A stretch of 64,000 nt of DNA from Candidatus Buchananbacteria bacterium (lineage in GTDB: Bacteria; Patescibacteriota; Patescibacteriia; Buchananbacterales; UBA6539), in contig JBAYLH010000005.1 in assembly GCA_041664165.1 (NCBI GenBank), forward strand, positions 344 through 64,343, read 5' to 3'. Shown one piece after another: positions 29,491 to 37,791 of this stretch. The position numbers and the translations under genes were made by a program. Below the pieces are notes generated by a model. The model made no database searches, was not told where the DNA came from, and was given only the letters and a program-made list of their open reading frames with translations. The first letter of the stretch is position 1; each line of letters starts with the position of its first letter.

Positions 29491-29511
29491 TGCTCCCAAT
29501 GCAATACTTCT

Positions 29512-30669
29512 TTATTTTATTGGCGATATTTTTCTTAATTTTTCTACAATTCCAGGCAAAACCTTTAGCAGCTGGTCAATATCTTTTTCCGGATTAAATT
29601 TACCCAGGGTAATTCTTAAACTGCCGTGAGCCAACAGCGGCTCCAGCCCCAGGCTCATTAAAACGTGAGACGGCTTAAGCGAACCGGAAGAACAGGCCGA
29701 ACCGGTCGAAACCGCAATTCCCGCCTGGTCTAAAAGCAAAAGCAGGCTTTCTCCTTCAACGCCCCTGAAACTGAAATGAGCATTGCCGGGTACTCGCTTT
29801 TTCAAATCACCATTGACTTGAGCATTAGGCACCGCCTTGATAATGCCGTCAATTAATTTATCTCTGAGTTTCTTAATTTTTTCATTATTCTCTTTTTCTA
29901 AAGCGACTAGCTCAATCGCCTTGCCTAAGCCGATAATCCCGGTAACATTCAAAGTTCCCGGCCGAATGCCGGACTCATGATGGCCGCCAAATTGAATCGG
30001 CCGTAGTGGCACCACGGTTTTTTTGTATAAAGCGCCGATGCCCTTGGGGGCGTAAATTTTATGGCCGGATAGAGAAAGCAAATCAACTCCAAGTTTATCA
30101 ACATTCATCTCGCAATAGTTAACCGCTTGGACAGCATCGGTGTGAAAATAAATTTTTTCTTTTCTTTGCTGATTCAACTCCTTAATCATTTGGCCGATTT
30201 CGGCAATTGGCTGAATCGTGCCGATTTCATTATTAACGTACATAATTGAAACCAGCCTGGTATTTTCTTTAATCGCTTTTCTGACGGCTTCAACTGAAAC
30301 TAAGCCTTCGCGGGAAACGCCGAGATAAGTTACTTCCACCCCTCTTTTTTCCATTTCCCGGCAAGGTTCCAAAATCGCCGGATGCTCAATTTCGGCAGTG
30401 ATAATATGTTCTCCGGATTTAGCCAGGCCCAAAATAACTAAGTTATCGCTTTCCGTCGCTCCGGAGGTAAAAATCACTTCATTGGTTTTGCCGCCTAAAA
30501 AATCAGCAATCTTTTCCCTGGCCTCATCAACGGCGGCCATTGCTTTTTGGCCGAAAAGATGAATCGAAGAAGCATTACCGAAATCCTCGCTAAAATACGG
30601 CAGTATCGCCGCCAATACTTTTGGATCAACTGGCGTTGTCGCTGAATGATCAAAATAAACCCTAGCCAT
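29512..30669 (-). CDS. iscS: Cysteine desulfurase (IscS/NifS group I)
   Basis: YFDHSATT, FTSGATE, HTDAVQA, SGHKIY, STGSACSS. Confidence 0.94.
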   Translation of the reverse strand: MARVYFDHSATTPVDPKVLAAILPYFSEDFGNASSIHLFGQKAMAAVDEAREKIADFLGGKTNEVIFTSGATESDNLVILGLAKSGEHIITAEIEHPAILEPCREMEKRGVEVTYLGVSREGLVSVEAVRKAIKENTRLVSIMYVNNEIGTIQPIAEIGQMIKELNQQRKEKIYFHTDAVQAVNYCEMNVDKLGVDLLSLSGHKIYAPKGIGALYKKTVVPLRPIQFGGHHESGIRPGTLNVTGIIGLGKAIELVALEKENNEKIKKLRDKLIDGIIKAVPNAQVNGDLKKRVPGNAHFSFRGVEGESLLLLLDQAGIAVSTGSACSSGSLKPSHVLMSLGLEPLLAHGSLRITLGKFNPEKDIDQLLKVLPGIVEKLRKISPIK

Positions 30670-30673
30670 ACAA

Positions 30674-30898
30674 TTAAACTGATTCAATTTCTTTAACCCC
30701 TTTGACTTTGCTTTTTAAAGCCCGGCCGATGCCTTCCTGCAAAGTCATTTGCGACATCGGGCAGCAAGAACAGGCGCCTTGCAGCTTGAGTTTAACCACG
30801 CCGCTCTTTTCGTCAAAATCAATAAATTCAACGTCCCCGCCGTCGGCCTGCAAACTCGGCCTGATTTCGTCTAAAACTTTTTTAATTTCGTCTTTCAT
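30674..30898 (-). CDS. NifU/NfuA-type Fe-S carrier domain protein
   Basis: IRPSLQADGGDVE...LQGACSCCPMS. Confidence 0.9.
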   Translation of the reverse strand: MKDEIKKVLDEIRPSLQADGGDVEFIDFDEKSGVVKLKLQGACSCCPMSQMTLQEGIGRALKSKVKGVKEIESV

Positions 30899-30967
30899 AA
30901 TTTTTTAGCTTTTAGCTATTAGCTTATAGCATGTAGAACCCTCGCTCTAAAAACTATAAGCTAACAG

Positions 30968-31417
30968 CTAATGCAATTCCTCCGCAACTTTAAAATTCTT
31001 AATTTCCGGATAGTTATCTAAAACTCCCTGGTCGCGCAAATAATTTTCTATCGCTACTTTTAAGGCGTCAGAAGCTAAAACCGAACAATGGAGCTTAACC
31101 GGCGGCAATTCGCCTAAGCCTTTGACAATATCGGCTTTCTCCAAACCAAAAGCCTGTTTTAGACTTTGACCTTTGACCATGTCAGTTGAAACCGAAGAAC
31201 AGGCAATGGCCGCGGCGCAACCCAAGGTTTCAAATTTAACATCACTAATTTTGTCTTGTAGCCGATCACCAGAATCGGCCTTAGTAATTTTTAAATAAAT
31301 TTTCATCATGTCGCCGCAAAGCGGATTACCGACTTCGCCGACGGCGTCGGCACCGGGTATTTGACCCTGGTTATGCGGATTTTGAAAATGGTCCATGACC
31401 AATTTGGAATAAGCCAT
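30968..31417 (-). CDS. iscU: Fe-S scaffold protein IscU/NifU-N
   Basis: DHFQNPHN, GNPLCGD, GCAAAIA, LPPVKLHCS. Confidence 0.92.
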   Translation of the reverse strand: MAYSKLVMDHFQNPHNQGQIPGADAVGEVGNPLCGDMMKIYLKITKADSGDRLQDKISDVKFETLGCAAAIACSSVSTDMVKGQSLKQAFGLEKADIVKGLGELPPVKLHCSVLASDALKVAIENYLRDQGVLDNYPEIKNFKVAEELH

Positions 31418-31421
31418 ATAA

Positions 31422-31844
31422 TTAAATTAAATCTTTTAAACTTATCTTTCTAAGTGAATCAGCAATCGCCTTTTGTACCTTTTGATAAACTTGGGCTGAA
31501 GGGCAGGCTTTAACCCCGCAAACAACCTTACCCTTAGAATTAACGCAATGAAAGACCGAAATTGACCCCTCTAGGGTCGAAATTACGTCAAAAATGGCGA
31601 TTTGCGCCGGGTCTTTAGTCAATTGATAGCCACCGGCCATTCCTTTTGAACTCATCACCAAACCAGCCCTTTTTAACTGCGCAAAAAGGCGTTCCAAATA
31701 AGCTTGCGAGATTTTTTCTTCCCGGGCGATTTTGGCTAAAGAGTATGGCTTTTTGGCCGCCTGGCCTCGGCGAGGCTGGTTGTAATTTTTGGCTAAATGG
31801 CTTAAAGCCCTCAGTCCGTAGGAAGAACGGGTGGAAAATTTCAT
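31422..31844 (-). CDS. Rrf2 family regulator (IscR-like, three Cys)
   Basis: STRSSYGLRAL, ISQAYLERLF, GGYQL, C-x8-C-x4-C. Confidence 0.9.
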   Translation of the reverse strand: MKFSTRSSYGLRALSHLAKNYNQPRRGQAAKKPYSLAKIAREEKISQAYLERLFAQLKRAGLVMSSKGMAGGYQLTKDPAQIAIFDVISTLEGSISVFHCVNSKGKVVCGVKACPSAQVYQKVQKAIADSLRKISLKDLI

Positions 31845-31855
31845 AAATAAACTTT

Positions 31856-31911
31856 AACACCAACTAAAATGGTTGGTATTTACATTTTAGCATAAAAAAA
31901 AATCCTGTCAA
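31856..31911 (-). promoter_or_regulatory. Promoter plus palindromic operator of the Fe-S operon
   Basis: TTGACA and TGCTAAAAT on the minus strand, followed by the accaac-N7-gttggt palindrome, resembling IscR type-1 / Rrf2 boxes. Confidence 0.65.
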
Positions 31912-31933
31912 GCCTCTGATTGTAAATAAGCAA

Positions 31934-32743
31934 TTATTTGCTGACTATAATTACCACCTTTCTCCCCTGCGCCATTTCGGCGTCAGTCATGCCGCCGCTA
32001 GCCAGCTCGTGATTCCAATCGTGAACCGCGTTAATCAGGGTTTGATATTTATAACGATAACCGGCTCCGTTTCTGGTACCGGGGTCATTAGTGATAAACT
32101 CGCCCCTGGCTTCGTCATAACCGCGGGCAACTAGCATGTGGTAAATCGGGCCTGGCGGTTTAAAATTGGGATTGCCCAAAAGCCGGCCGGCGGCGGGAAT
32201 AATAATCAAATTCCCGGCCAGTAACTCCTTTTTAATTCTGGCAACCGTCACTTCGCTTGTTACTTCGGCTTTTAAGCTAAAATAACTTTTCAAAATTACC
32301 GTCGCTTCACTGGCCGTCACGTCAACTTGATAGCCATTTTGTTCTTCCCATTTTACCAAATTTAAAATCCCCTGTTCCATCAAATGGGCGCTCAGCGGCT
32401 CGCCCTTGAAATACTTTGCCGTCATAATCATGGCGGCTTCTTCGCAGGCTTCTTCGTGCAACGCATCCCAATTGGCAAGCGGCGCTTGAGACGCAAAAGC
32501 TACCGGATAATCCAAAAATTTCGACGGTTCGCTATTGGTTTCTGGCTTGGGTTTTTCTGCCTCAACTTTCGCGGTGGAAGTGGCTTTGACTGGCTCAACT
32601 GTTTCCGGCGGCAAAGCCGGCGTTGAAGTTACCGATGAATCTTTATCTTGACTGACCAACTTACCAGCTTTATCTTGACTGGCCGTCTGGCAGCCAGCCA
32701 AAAGCAAAATAGGCAAAATTAACCATAAATACTTGATTTTCAT
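31934..32743 (-). CDS. Lipoprotein with C39-like cysteine peptidase domain
   Basis: Lipobox LLAGC; SQAP, EACEEA, YHML, NDPG. Confidence 0.82.
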   Translation of the reverse strand: MKIKYLWLILPILLLAGCQTASQDKAGKLVSQDKDSSVTSTPALPPETVEPVKATSTAKVEAEKPKPETNSEPSKFLDYPVAFASQAPLANWDALHEEACEEAAMIMTAKYFKGEPLSAHLMEQGILNLVKWEEQNGYQVDVTASEATVILKSYFSLKAEVTSEVTVARIKKELLAGNLIIIPAAGRLLGNPNFKPPGPIYHMLVARGYDEARGEFITNDPGTRNGAGYRYKYQTLINAVHDWNHELASGGMTDAEMAQGRKVVIIVSK

Positions 32744-32773
32744 ACTATAATAGTATATACCAATTAGCCTGGC

Positions 32774-32802
32774 TTGACAATTCGCCTTTGATAAGTTATA
32801 TT
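32774..32802 (+). promoter_or_regulatory. rpmA promoter
   Basis: TTGACA-17 bp-TATATT. Confidence 0.7.
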
Positions 32803-32851
32803 ACTTTCATCCCTAATTTTTAATTTCCTATTTTCTAAAACCTAAAACAAT

Positions 32852-33133
32852 ATGGCACATAAGAAAGCCGGTGGTTCCACTAGTTTGGGCCGCGATTCCC
32901 AGTCTAAAAGATTAGGCGTAAAAATTTACGAAGGTCAGCATACCAATGCCGGCAATATTTTGATCAGACAAAGAGGCACTAAAATTCGGCCGGGACAAAA
33001 TGTCAGACGAGGCGAAGACGACACGCTCTACGCCGCAATTGCCGGTTTCGTTAAATTCAGCCGGAAAAAAGTAAAAAAATTCACCGGCAAATTGGAATGG
33101 GTGAAATTAATCAATGTCTTTCCGAAAAAATAA
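32852..33133 (+). CDS. rpmA: 50S ribosomal protein L27
   Basis: [32 protein letters not shown]. Confidence 0.98.
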   Translation: MAHKKAGGSTSLGRDSQSKRLGVKIYEGQHTNAGNILIRQRGTKIRPGQNVRRGEDDTLYAAIAGFVKFSRKKVKKFTGKLEWVKLINVFPKK

Positions 33134-33159
33134 CCTTTTCTTCAAAATCTACCAACAAA

Positions 33160-33187
33160 TAGACCCGCGAAAGCGGGCTATTTTTTT
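33160..33187 (+). terminator. rpmA intrinsic terminator
   Basis: cccgc-gaaa-gcggg followed by a T-tract. Confidence 0.8.
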
Positions 33188-33270
33188 AGGACTAAAAGCA
33201 CTGATTTTTTAAACAAAAAAAAGACGACCTCTTTTGTAGGTGGGTCGTCGTAGCTTTCGTGAAAGCAACC

Positions 33271-33462
33271 TTATCCGAATAGGACGTCGTAGGCTTTACG
33301 CGCCTGTTTCCTTCTCCGCCAAAAAGCGGCTTCAAAAACACTTCCATTCCAACCGTCAGGCGTCCACCACTCAGCATCATGATTCTGGCCGCCCCTTTGA
33401 ATCATGTAGCCGGCTGCGACTTTTTTAGTCACAAATGGCTTCCTATCATTCGTCGCTTCCAT
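33271..33462 (-). CDS. 63-aa hypothetical protein with its own promoter, SD and terminator
   Basis: TTGACA-17-TAGAGT (33557-33529), AAGGAGG SD, hairpin with A-tract at ~33215-33250. Confidence 0.6.
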   Translation of the reverse strand: MEATNDRKPFVTKKVAAGYMIQRGGQNHDAEWWTPDGWNGSVFEAAFWRRRKQARKAYDVLFG

Positions 33463-33640
33463 CGCTCTCTACCTCCTTATTGAAGCCGATTTTGGCCTCA
33501 GACGTTAACTACTGGACCGAAACATCTTACTCTATCATAAATCAGACTACTTGTCAACACGCTGTAGCCTAAGTTCAATGAGTAAGTGCAACACTAACCG
33601 AAAAGAAGCCAAGCCGGCTTCTCTAGGTTGAAAACTAGGC

Positions 33641-33676
33641 ACTACCCGCAGCATTGCTTCGCGGGTAGTTTTTTTT
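33641..33676. terminator. Hairpin / intrinsic terminator
   Basis: actacccgc...gcgggtagt followed by a T-tract. Confidence 0.6.
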
Positions 33677-33678
33677 CG

Positions 33679-35193
33679 CTACAAAACTAATTCCGCGTCA
33701 GTTGTAAAATTCAGGCGCAGCCTGATCAAAGCGGCTTCATTATTTTGGCTGGGCAAATAGGTTGAATGCAGTTCGCAATTTTTCAGCTGGTCTAGCATTT
33801 TCAAAGCCTTTTCCGCCATCGGATTGGTCGCGGCCGAAATCGCCAAAGAGATTAGAGTTTCTTCCAAATTAAGCGACCCACTGAGACTGCCTAAATACTC
33901 TTTTTTGAAGGCAATAATTTTTTGAATAACCTGCTCGCTGAGCAGATGAATTTCATCGGGAATATTGGCTAATTTTTTAATCGCATTCAAAATTACGGCC
34001 GACTCCGCGTGGAGCAAAGCCGAGTTTTTACCGGTTATTATCTCGCCATTGGCTAATTCCAGAGCCGCGCCGCAAAAAATATCACCAAAACCATTGCCCT
34101 TAATTTTAGCGGCCGCTTTGGCTTGGCGCGCCGGTTTAACCACCGGCCGGTCAATACTTTCAACGCCGGCTTTGGCCATAATTTTTTTCATCCAGTCAAC
34201 CGTGGTCTGAGTTTCAATGCCTTCCATTCTTTCCTGGTAATAGCGGAAATAACGCCGGATAATTTCCTGCTTGGCCGCGGCGCTGACGACCTTATCATCA
34301 ATAATTCCGACTTTGGCGGTATTGACTCCCATATCAGTTGGCGACTGGTATTGCGTCGCATAATTGCTTTCGCCGACAATCCGGCTGATCATTTCTTTCA
34401 TGATTTTAAAATTTTCAATGTCGCGGTTATAATTAATGGCCGTTACGCCGTAAGCTTTTTGATGGAAAGGATCGATCAAATTGACGTCGCGCAAATCAAC
34501 CGTGGCCGCTTCGTAAGCGGTATTGACCGGATGGCCAAGCGGCAGATTCCAGATCGGAAAAGTTTCAAATTTAGCAAAACCGGAATTGATCTGATTTTGT
34601 TTGTCGTGGTACATTTGCGCCAGACAAAAAGACATTTTCCCCGAACCGCCGCCCGCGCCGGTTACGACAACAATTGATTTTTTGGTTTTAACGTAGGGCT
34701 GTTGGCCATAACCGTCGCGGCTGACGACTTTGTCTAAATCATCAGGATAACCGGAAAGTTCAGCATGAATATAAGTTTCAATTCCCCTGACTTCAAGTTT
34801 TTCTTTCAACCGCTTGGCCAAGCTTTCGCCTTCGAAGCGGCAAATCACCACGGCTCGGACATTCAAACCAAAAGACTTGAAGTCGGCAATATCCTTCAAA
34901 GTCTGGTTATCGTAAGTCAAACCGAAATCCCGGCGCACCCGGCCTTTTTGGATGTCTTTGGCGCTGACGCAATAAATTATCTCAACGTCCTTTAGTTCCT
35001 TCAAAAGCTGAACTTTGGCCGTCGGTTCGTAACCGGGCAAGACTCTGGCCGCGTGTAAATCATAACAAAGCTTGCCGCCGAATTCCAAGTAAAGCTTGCC
35101 ATCAAACTTTTTAACTCTTTCTAAAATGGCTTTAGTTTGGGCTTTAAGGTATTTTGCCGTGTCAAAGCCTTTCTGTTTGTAGAGCGGAATCAT
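33679..35193 (-). CDS. DUF1846 (UPF0371) P-loop protein
   Basis: KLYLEFGGKL, HAARVLPG, GGGSGK, AKFETFPIWN, NYNRD, SPTDMGVN. Confidence 0.9.
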   Translation of the reverse strand: MIPLYKQKGFDTAKYLKAQTKAILERVKKFDGKLYLEFGGKLCYDLHAARVLPGYEPTAKVQLLKELKDVEIIYCVSAKDIQKGRVRRDFGLTYDNQTLKDIADFKSFGLNVRAVVICRFEGESLAKRLKEKLEVRGIETYIHAELSGYPDDLDKVVSRDGYGQQPYVKTKKSIVVVTGAGGGSGKMSFCLAQMYHDKQNQINSGFAKFETFPIWNLPLGHPVNTAYEAATVDLRDVNLIDPFHQKAYGVTAINYNRDIENFKIMKEMISRIVGESNYATQYQSPTDMGVNTAKVGIIDDKVVSAAAKQEIIRRYFRYYQERMEGIETQTTVDWMKKIMAKAGVESIDRPVVKPARQAKAAAKIKGNGFGDIFCGAALELANGEIITGKNSALLHAESAVILNAIKKLANIPDEIHLLSEQVIQKIIAFKKEYLGSLSGSLNLEETLISLAISAATNPMAEKALKMLDQLKNCELHSTYLPSQNNEAALIRLRLNFTTDAELVL

Positions 35194-35209
35194 AATATTT
35201 TCTATTCTA

Positions 35210-36838
35210 TCACTTTTTATTTTTCTTTAAAGCGGCATTAATAAACCCAAGAAATAGAGGATGCGGTTTTAACGGCCGGGATTTGAATTCCGGATGAAAC
35301 TGGGTGCCGACAAAATAAGGATGGTTGGGAATTTCAATAATCTCAACCAGCTTTTTGTCCGGCGAAAGACCGGCTAAGACCAGGCCTTTTTTGGTCAATT
35401 TATCGCGATATTCGTTATTAAACTCATAGCGATGGCGGTGGCGCTCAGAAATCCGGCGCGCGCCGTAAAGCTTGGAAGCCTTGGAATTCTTAGCCAAAAT
35501 ACAAGGATAAGCCCCCAGCCTCATGCTATTGCCATATTGCTTTTTGGCCAATTTTTCCGCTTGGTCAGGCATAATATGAATCACCGGATATTTGGTTTTA
35601 GGATCAATCTCAGTCGTGTTTGCCCCTTTGAGACCGGCGACATGGCGGGCAAATTCAATCGTCGCCAGCTGCATCCCATAGCAGAGGCCGAGGTAAGGGA
35701 TATTATTTTCCCGCGCATATTTAATGGCTAAAATTTTGCCTTCAATCCCCCGCTTGCCGAAACCGCCAGGCACGATAATGCCGTCATAATTTTTTAGTTC
35801 TTTGGCCAAACCAGGGTTAGTTTCGTAGCTATCGGAATTAATCCAGTCAATTTTGGCTTTGACGCCATTGGCGGTGGCCGCGTGCTTAATCGACTCAATT
35901 ACCGAAATATAAGCATCCGGCAGGATAAAATCACCGGTGGCAAAATACTTGCCAACCATGCCGATTCTGACTTCTTTTTTGAGATTTTTAATTTTGCGCA
36001 CCATTTTCTCCCAATCCTTCAAATTCTTTTTTCTCGGGCGGAGGCTTAATTTTTTAATAATTTTGTCGCTCAAGCGTTCCTTTTCTAAAATCAAAGGCAC
36101 TTCATAAATTGAATCAACGTCAGGATTGGCAATCACGGCGTCTTTGTCAACACTGCAGAAAACCTGAAGTTTTTTCTTCCGCGGTTCGTCAACCGGCTTT
36201 TCCGAGCGGCAAATAATAAAATCCGGCTGAATCCCAACGGCATTAAGCTGCTGGGTGGCGTATTGAGTCGGCTTGGTTTTCATTTCGCCAAGTTTGCTCG
36301 GAATCGGCAGATAACTGACCAAAACGAATAAAACATCCTTAGGGTTTTGGTAATGCATCAGCCTGGCCGCTTCCAAAAACATCACGTTCTGGAATTCACC
36401 GACGGTCCCGCCGATTTCCACGATGGTAACGTCGGCCTTGGCTTTCAGGGCGGCGGTTTTAATCCGGCGGATTGCCTCTTGCGGAATATGAGGCACGGCC
36501 TCAACACATTTGCCGCCATACTCAAAATTTCTTTCCCGGGAAATCACTGACTGATAAACCCGGCCGGAAGTCATATAGTTAGTCCGGTAAATATTAATTT
36601 CTAAAAATCTTTCATAATTACCGACGTCCTGATCGGTTTCATCGCCGTCTTCGGTTACAAAAACTTCGCCGTGTTCGGTCGGATTCATGGTTCCGGCGTC
36701 AACATTGATGTAAGGATCGATTTTTAGGGCAGTAACTTTAAATCCCCGCGCTTGCAAAATCAGACCGATTGAAGCGGAAGTAATCCCCTTGCCTACTCCT
36801 GACATTACTCCGCCGATGACAAAGATGTATTTTGACAT
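35210..36838 (-). CDS. pyrG: CTP synthase
   Basis: GGVMSGVGKG, DPYINVDAGTM, KTKPTQ, GLCYGMQ, ERHRHRYE, QFHPE. Confidence 0.98.
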   Translation of the reverse strand: MSKYIFVIGGVMSGVGKGITSASIGLILQARGFKVTALKIDPYINVDAGTMNPTEHGEVFVTEDGDETDQDVGNYERFLEINIYRTNYMTSGRVYQSVISRERNFEYGGKCVEAVPHIPQEAIRRIKTAALKAKADVTIVEIGGTVGEFQNVMFLEAARLMHYQNPKDVLFVLVSYLPIPSKLGEMKTKPTQYATQQLNAVGIQPDFIICRSEKPVDEPRKKKLQVFCSVDKDAVIANPDVDSIYEVPLILEKERLSDKIIKKLSLRPRKKNLKDWEKMVRKIKNLKKEVRIGMVGKYFATGDFILPDAYISVIESIKHAATANGVKAKIDWINSDSYETNPGLAKELKNYDGIIVPGGFGKRGIEGKILAIKYARENNIPYLGLCYGMQLATIEFARHVAGLKGANTTEIDPKTKYPVIHIMPDQAEKLAKKQYGNSMRLGAYPCILAKNSKASKLYGARRISERHRHRYEFNNEYRDKLTKKGLVLAGLSPDKKLVEIIEIPNHPYFVGTQFHPEFKSRPLKPHPLFLGFINAALKKNKK

Positions 36839-36852
36839 AATATTAAAGCGAT

Positions 36853-36878
36853 AAACCCCGCATCCCGCGGGGTTTTTT
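36853..36878. terminator. Hairpin terminator between rplI and pyrG
   Basis: aaaccccgc-atccc-gcggggtttttt. Confidence 0.65.
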
Positions 36879-36922
36879 AGTTATTATTGAAATTAAATTT
36901 TTTGAAAACGATGCTGGCCATT

Positions 36923-37363
36923 TTATTCCGGACTAATGATTAAGGTAATCCTGGCTTCCAAGCCATGAGCCAGGCTGATAACTATTTCATGTTCGCCGAT
37001 CTCTTTGATTTGGCCGGCCTTAATTTGATCTTTGGCAACGTTAAAGCCCTTTTCCTTCAAAGCCGCCGCAATTTTAGCCACCGATACCGCCGCATACAAA
37101 GATCCCTGTTCGCTAGCCTTGGCGTTAATCTCTACTGTCTGGCCTTCCAGTCTTTGAGCCAAACTTTCCACTTTCACCAAATCAGTTTCCGCCTCTTGGG
37201 CTTCTTTGGCCTTCTTGATTTCCACTTCTTTAATGGCTTGATCCGTTGCTTCTTTGGCTAAACCTTTGGGAATTAAAAAATTCCGAGCGTAACCGAGGGC
37301 CACGTCTTTAATGTCATAAGCTTCGCCCAAGGTTGGTACTTTTTTCAGTAGAATTACTTTCAT
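36923..37363 (-). CDS. rplI: 50S ribosomal protein L9
   Basis: MKVILLKKV, GYARNFLIPKGLA, IKEIGEH. Confidence 0.97.
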   Translation of the reverse strand: MKVILLKKVPTLGEAYDIKDVALGYARNFLIPKGLAKEATDQAIKEVEIKKAKEAQEAETDLVKVESLAQRLEGQTVEINAKASEQGSLYAAVSVAKIAAALKEKGFNVAKDQIKAGQIKEIGEHEIVISLAHGLEARITLIISPE

Positions 37364-37421
37364 GAAGGTTAGTTTAGCGCGCCAGGTTGATTAACTTGAT
37401 CTCTTAATTAACTCAATTCAC

Positions 37422-37697
37422 TTATCTTATCTTAAAATCAGAAAACTGGCTAGTCGGATCTGACCAGTTTTGTTCAATTTTTGAGACTTGAGCAGTCCCA
37501 ACTCCATTATAGCACCAATTTAAAAAATCTTTCAAGTCCGTTTCTGCCCCTTCGAGCACCAATTTAACCGTTCCATCAGACTCGTTTATCGCGTAGCCGG
37601 TGAAACCTCTCTTTTTAGCTTCTTTTTGGCTTAGATAGCGAAAGCCAACGCCCTGAACCAGGCCATGGATTTTCAGTGTTAGCTGCTTTTTCTGCAT
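37422..37697 (-). CDS. acyP: Acylphosphatase
   Basis: GLVQGVGFR, GYAINESDGTV. Confidence 0.92.
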   Translation of the reverse strand: MQKKQLTLKIHGLVQGVGFRYLSQKEAKKRGFTGYAINESDGTVKLVLEGAETDLKDFLNWCYNGVGTAQVSKIEQNWSDPTSQFSDFKIR

Positions 37698-37707
37698 AGT
37701 AATTAAA

Positions 37708-37786
37708 GGCGACCCCGCTTTTTTACCAATCCGCCGCTGGCGGAAGTGGGCTATTCAAGCCAGCTAAAACCGGGTTATCTAAATTT
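37708..37786. repeat. Degenerate REP doublet related to the RAYT-flanking REPs, interrupted by a TCCGCC-GCT-GGCGGA hairpin
   Basis: ggcgaccccgcttt...agtgggc and gccagctaaaaccgggttatct resemble ggcgacccgactttagtcggc and gccgactaaagtcgggttacct at 46.9 kb. Confidence 0.55.
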
Positions 37787-37791
37787 ATATT

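Noticed and set aside
34123-34677. Long antisense or alternate-frame ORFs (also 39865-40362, 5168-5578, 12642-13001 and similar)
   Set aside because: They are shadows of well-supported genes on the opposite strand, with no motifs or start signals
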